A stretch of 63,594 bases of DNA, the filler included, from Candidatus Aminicenantales bacterium (GTDB lineage: Bacteria; Acidobacteriota; Aminicenantia; Aminicenantales; Saccharicenantaceae): NCBI GenBank assembly GCA_049512315.1. It is 4 parts of 4 records of this genome, joined end to end, with 100 filler letters (N's around TTAATTAATTAA, not from the genome) between each part and the next. Parts side by side here need not be neighbours in the genome. Positions count along the whole stretch, not along the records: positions 52,386 to 63,594 come from JBEKXF010000055.1; 3 more parts are not named here. The stretch is one strand, 5' to 3'. Numbering within the stretch: position 1 is the stretch's first letter; every line of letters starts with the position of its first letter. A program made the position numbers and the translations under genes. Below the pieces are notes generated by a model. That model was not told the DNA's origin. It saw only the letters and a list, made by a program, of their open reading frames with translations, and searched no databases. Shown piece after piece: positions 60,904 to 63,594 of the stretch.

Positions 60904-63135
60904 TCACTCCTCAAAATGCTCCCATTCGTACTTCACGCGCTCCATGAGCTTCTGGAACCGCTCCTCGCCGCGGATATTGGCCAGGAAGGGGTCGAGCTCG
61001 CTCATGAGGGGGTAATTGCTCATGCCGAGGTCGACGTCCTGCTCCAGACAGTCGAGGGCCCTCTCTTTTTCGCCGATTAAGGCCAAACACTCGGTCTTCC
61101 AATAAGTGGTTTGAAAATCCCACGGGTTCTGGAGGTTAGGATTCGAGTCGAGCATGGCCAGCGTCTCGGACCTTTTTCCCTCCAGAGCGCATTTGAAAGA
61201 CAGGCCCAGGCATGCGAAGAGGTTCCCCGGCTGTTCCCGGGCCACTTCCTCGAAGATCGACCCGGCCTCCTCTTTTCGGCCCATGTAGGCAAGGCTCAGG
61301 CCGTAGCTCCATTTCGTCATCACGTCCTCGGGGAACGATCGATGGAGCTTGTCCAGCCTTTCGAGAGCGAGGGCATATTCTCCATCCCACATCCTGTTGA
61401 ATCCGGAATGAACATGGGCCAGGGCATTGAGGGGGTCGATCTTGATGGTCATTTCCTCGAGAGGAATGACGACGCGCGTTCGGCCCAACGTTCCGAGCAA
61501 ACAACTGAGGAAAAACAAAGTATCAAAATCATTGGGATTCTTTTCCAGGACGCGCTTGAAATACGCGATGCCCTCCTTATGATGATGCCAAGCGATGAGA
61601 TTCCCCTGGACGAAATTGGCGATGGAACAGTTCGGATCCAAAGCGAAGGCCTTGCGGACGTAGTCCTCGGCCTGCCTCCGGCTGTCTCCCTCTCCCTTGA
61701 GGCCGAGATTGCAATATTGGAAATGAACATAGGCCATGCCCCCATAGAGAAGCGCGTTCTCTCCAACGATCTCGAGGCCGTTCCTGAGGTACTTCAATGC
61801 GTTTCCCAGTCCTGCCTCCGTCCACTTGAGGATTTCCTGCCGGGCTTTGAGATAAAATTCGTAGGCCAGAGCGCTCGGGATGGGGCGTTCGGCCAGGTGC
61901 TCGGTTTCCTCCGGAGTTAGTTTGAGCTTCAAGGCATCGACGATGGACTGCGAGACCTTCTCCTGGATATCGAATACATCGTCCAGGGTCCCGCCGTACT
62001 TCTCGGCCCAGAGGTGGGCGTCGTTAAAGGCATCGATGAGCTGGGCGGTGATCCGCAAGTTGTTGCCGGCCTTCCGGACACTTCCCTCCAGAACATATCG
62101 GACATGGACCTCGCGGGCGATGGCGGGGATATCCTTCTTTGTCCCTTTGAAGATCATGGATGACGTGCGCGAGATCACCCGCAGGGAACGGATCTTGGAC
62201 AGGTCCGAGATGAGCTCCTCGGTCATGCCGTCGCAGAAATAATCCTGTTCCGGGTCCGCGCTGATATTCTCGAAGGGCAGGACGATGATCGATCTCTCGG
62301 GCTGGGCGGCGCTAAGGCCCGGAATCCGCGCTGTTTTGAGGTCCTCGAGGACCTCGGCCATGTTCTGGTACCGGAGGGACCGATCTTTCTCGAGGGCCTT
62401 TTGAACGAGCCGCTCGAGCGGAAGGGGAATGTTCGGGCGAAGACGGGTCAGAGGCTCGGGATTATCATGCAATATGGAATAGACGAGAGCCTGGTCGCTT
62501 CTCCTACCGAACGGCATCACTCCGGCAAGCATTTCATACAACGTCGCCCCGAACGACCAGATATCCGTGCGCTGGTCCACCGCTTCTCCTTTGGCCTGCT
62601 CGGGGGACATATAAGCGGGAGTCCCCGTCACCGCCAGCGTCTTTGTGACATCGGCGGCTGAAGCGAGCTTGGCCAGCCCGAAGTCCATGATCTTCGCCTG
62701 GCCCTTTTCCGTCAGCATGATGTTCGCCGGCTTGATGTCCCGGTGGATGATGCCTTTCTGGTGGGCTTCTTTGAGGCCCTCGGCGACCTGGCCGGCGATA
62801 TCCAGGGCCTCCTCTAAAGATAAAGGTCCGGCTCCGATCCTATCCTTCAGGCTCTGGCCTTTGACGCAGGGCATAGCGATATACGTCGTGCCTTCGGCCT
62901 CGTCGATCTCATAGACGGCACAGATGTTCGGGTGGTCCAGGGCTGCTGCGGCCTGAGCTTCTTGGATGAAACGAGCCTTGGCCTGCGGATCTTTGGTCAG
63001 CTCGGGCGGCAAGAACTTGAGGGCTACGGTACGCTTGAGTTTGGTATCTTCGGCTTCGTAGACGACGCCCATCCCGCCTTCGCCGAGCTTGCCAATGATC
63101 CTGTAATGGGCAATCATTTCGCCGGTCACCCTCAC
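60904..63135 (-). CDS. Ser/Thr protein kinase with TolB-N-like domain and TPR repeats (start may be 63129 or 63117)
   Basis: GEGGMGVVY, VALK, HRDIKPAN, DFG, YMSPEQ; SIIVLPFENIS...YFCDGMTEELI...EGSVRKAG; TPRs. Confidence 0.94.
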   Translation of the reverse strand: MRVTGEMIAHYRIIGKLGEGGMGVVYEAEDTKLKRTVALKFLPPELTKDPQAKARFIQEAQAAAALDHPNICAVYEIDEAEGTTYIAMPCVKGQSLKDRIGAGPLSLEEALDIAGQVAEGLKEAHQKGIIHRDIKPANIMLTEKGQAKIMDFGLAKLASAADVTKTLAVTGTPAYMSPEQAKGEAVDQRTDIWSFGATLYEMLAGVMPFGRRSDQALVYSILHDNPEPLTRLRPNIPLPLERLVQKALEKDRSLRYQNMAEVLEDLKTARIPGLSAAQPERSIIVLPFENISADPEQDYFCDGMTEELISDLSKIRSLRVISRTSSMIFKGTKKDIPAIAREVHVRYVLEGSVRKAGNNLRITAQLIDAFNDAHLWAEKYGGTLDDVFDIQEKVSQSIVDALKLKLTPEETEHLAERPIPSALAYEFYLKARQEILKWTEAGLGNALKYLRNGLEIVGENALLYGGMAYVHFQYCNLGLKGEGDSRRQAEDYVRKAFALDPNCSIANFVQGNLIAWHHHKEGIAYFKRVLEKNPNDFDTLFFLSCLLGTLGRTRVVIPLEEMTIKIDPLNALAHVHSGFNRMWDGEYALALERLDKLHRSFPEDVMTKWSYGLSLAYMGRKEEAGSIFEEVAREQPGNLFACLGLSFKCALEGKRSETLAMLDSNPNLQNPWDFQTTYWKTECLALIGEKERALDCLEQDVDLGMSNYPLMSELDPFLANIRGEERFQKLMERVKYEWEHFEE

Positions 63136-63255
63136 TCCTCAAAATGCTCCCATTCGTACTTCACCCGCTCCATGAGCTTTTTGAACCGTTCCACCCCCGC
63201 AGAATTTCAGGGTATCAGGATTCTCAGAATGGTAGGTCGGGCACTTGATGGCCAC
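63132..63255 (-). pseudogene. Collapsed kinase gene: about 20 N-terminal codons joined out of frame to the last 19 codons
   Basis: VAIKCPTYHSENPDTLKFCG then ERFKKLMERVKYEWEHFEE*; 63132-63188 is a near-perfect direct repeat of 60904-60960. Confidence 0.85.
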
Positions 63256-63281
63256 CGCTGGCCCCCTATCTTTGCTGGCTT

Positions 63282-63335
63282 CAGATTAACAGAGCGATGG
63301 GCGGGAAGTCAAACGTGGCGTGCCCAGAAAGGAGA
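63282..63335 (-). promoter_or_regulatory. Kinase-module promoter copy C preceded by a tRNA acceptor-end remnant
   Basis: - strand GGGCACGCCA-CGT-TTGACT-18 nt-TAATCT. Confidence 0.75.
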
Positions 63336-63388
63336 TGGCTTGTGAATACAAGACCAGGGACCCCCTCGTAGATCTTGGCGTGCACAGG

Positions 63389-63594
63389 TGACCCGCCCCC
63401 GATCAATGTACCAGCCCTTGAGTGAATTTTCCAGCCAAATATGCCTCCGGAGCCGGCGGCCTATAGCCTAACGAGCTATGCGGCCTGAAGCGATTGTATT
63501 CCCTTCGCCAGCCCTCGACAAGGACCTTCGCTTCCGCCAAGGTGTCCAGCACCTCGCCATTGAGAAGCTCATCCCGGAGCTTCCCGATATAGGA
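63389..63594 (-). mobile_element. Right end of an IS3-family (IS407-like) element, transposase C-terminus
   Basis: GKLRDELLNGE...WRREYNRFRPHSSLGYRPPAP* followed by GGGGGCGGGTCA end; the ESFN motif appears deleted. Confidence 0.8.

Noticed and set aside
52687..63335. Possible CRISPR array or classical integron attC array
   Set aside because: Repeats are kilobases apart and tRNA- or promoter-derived; no cas or intI gene and no attC-type structure recognised.

Overview
Bacterial draft or metagenome-assembled sequence. It consists of four contigs joined by artificial 100-nt N/TTAATTAATTAA linkers (contigs 1-20167, 20268-36312, 36413-52285, 52386-63594), so adjacency across linkers means nothing. 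Gene content (GWxTD-TPR proteins, zinc-ribbon Ser/Thr kinases with TPR tails, Oar-like TonB receptor, lnt) suggests a diderm of the Acidobacteriota/Ca. Aminicenantes type; this is an inference. Contig 1 has a GWxTD protein, a TlpA-like redoxin, IS256, an APC permease, an IS3 remnant and a peptide-utilisation-like cluster (S9, two M28-type peptidases, zinc metalloprotease, TonB receptor, YheO-type regulator). Contig 2 has a ROK regulator, an orphan truncated 5S rRNA, a second GWxTD protein and a fucose/rhamnose glycan-degradation cluster (3x GH29, GH78, beta-propeller GH, 2x beta-helix). Contig 3 is GC-rich core genome (rnc, pyrC, pyrR, ribF, frameshifted prfB, lnt) plus an operon of DUF362, a Tat-signal AmrS radical SAM enzyme and a degenerate membrane 'spermidine synthase'. 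Contig 4 is the most unusual part: a string of single cargo genes separated by co-oriented tRNA-Arg/tRNA-Thr 3'-half fragments. Three copies of a 'tRNA end + promoter + kinase start' module and several collapsed kinase remnants sit among them, which resembles a tRNA-anchored cassette-accretion array. All family calls come from motif recognition by eye; no searches were run.
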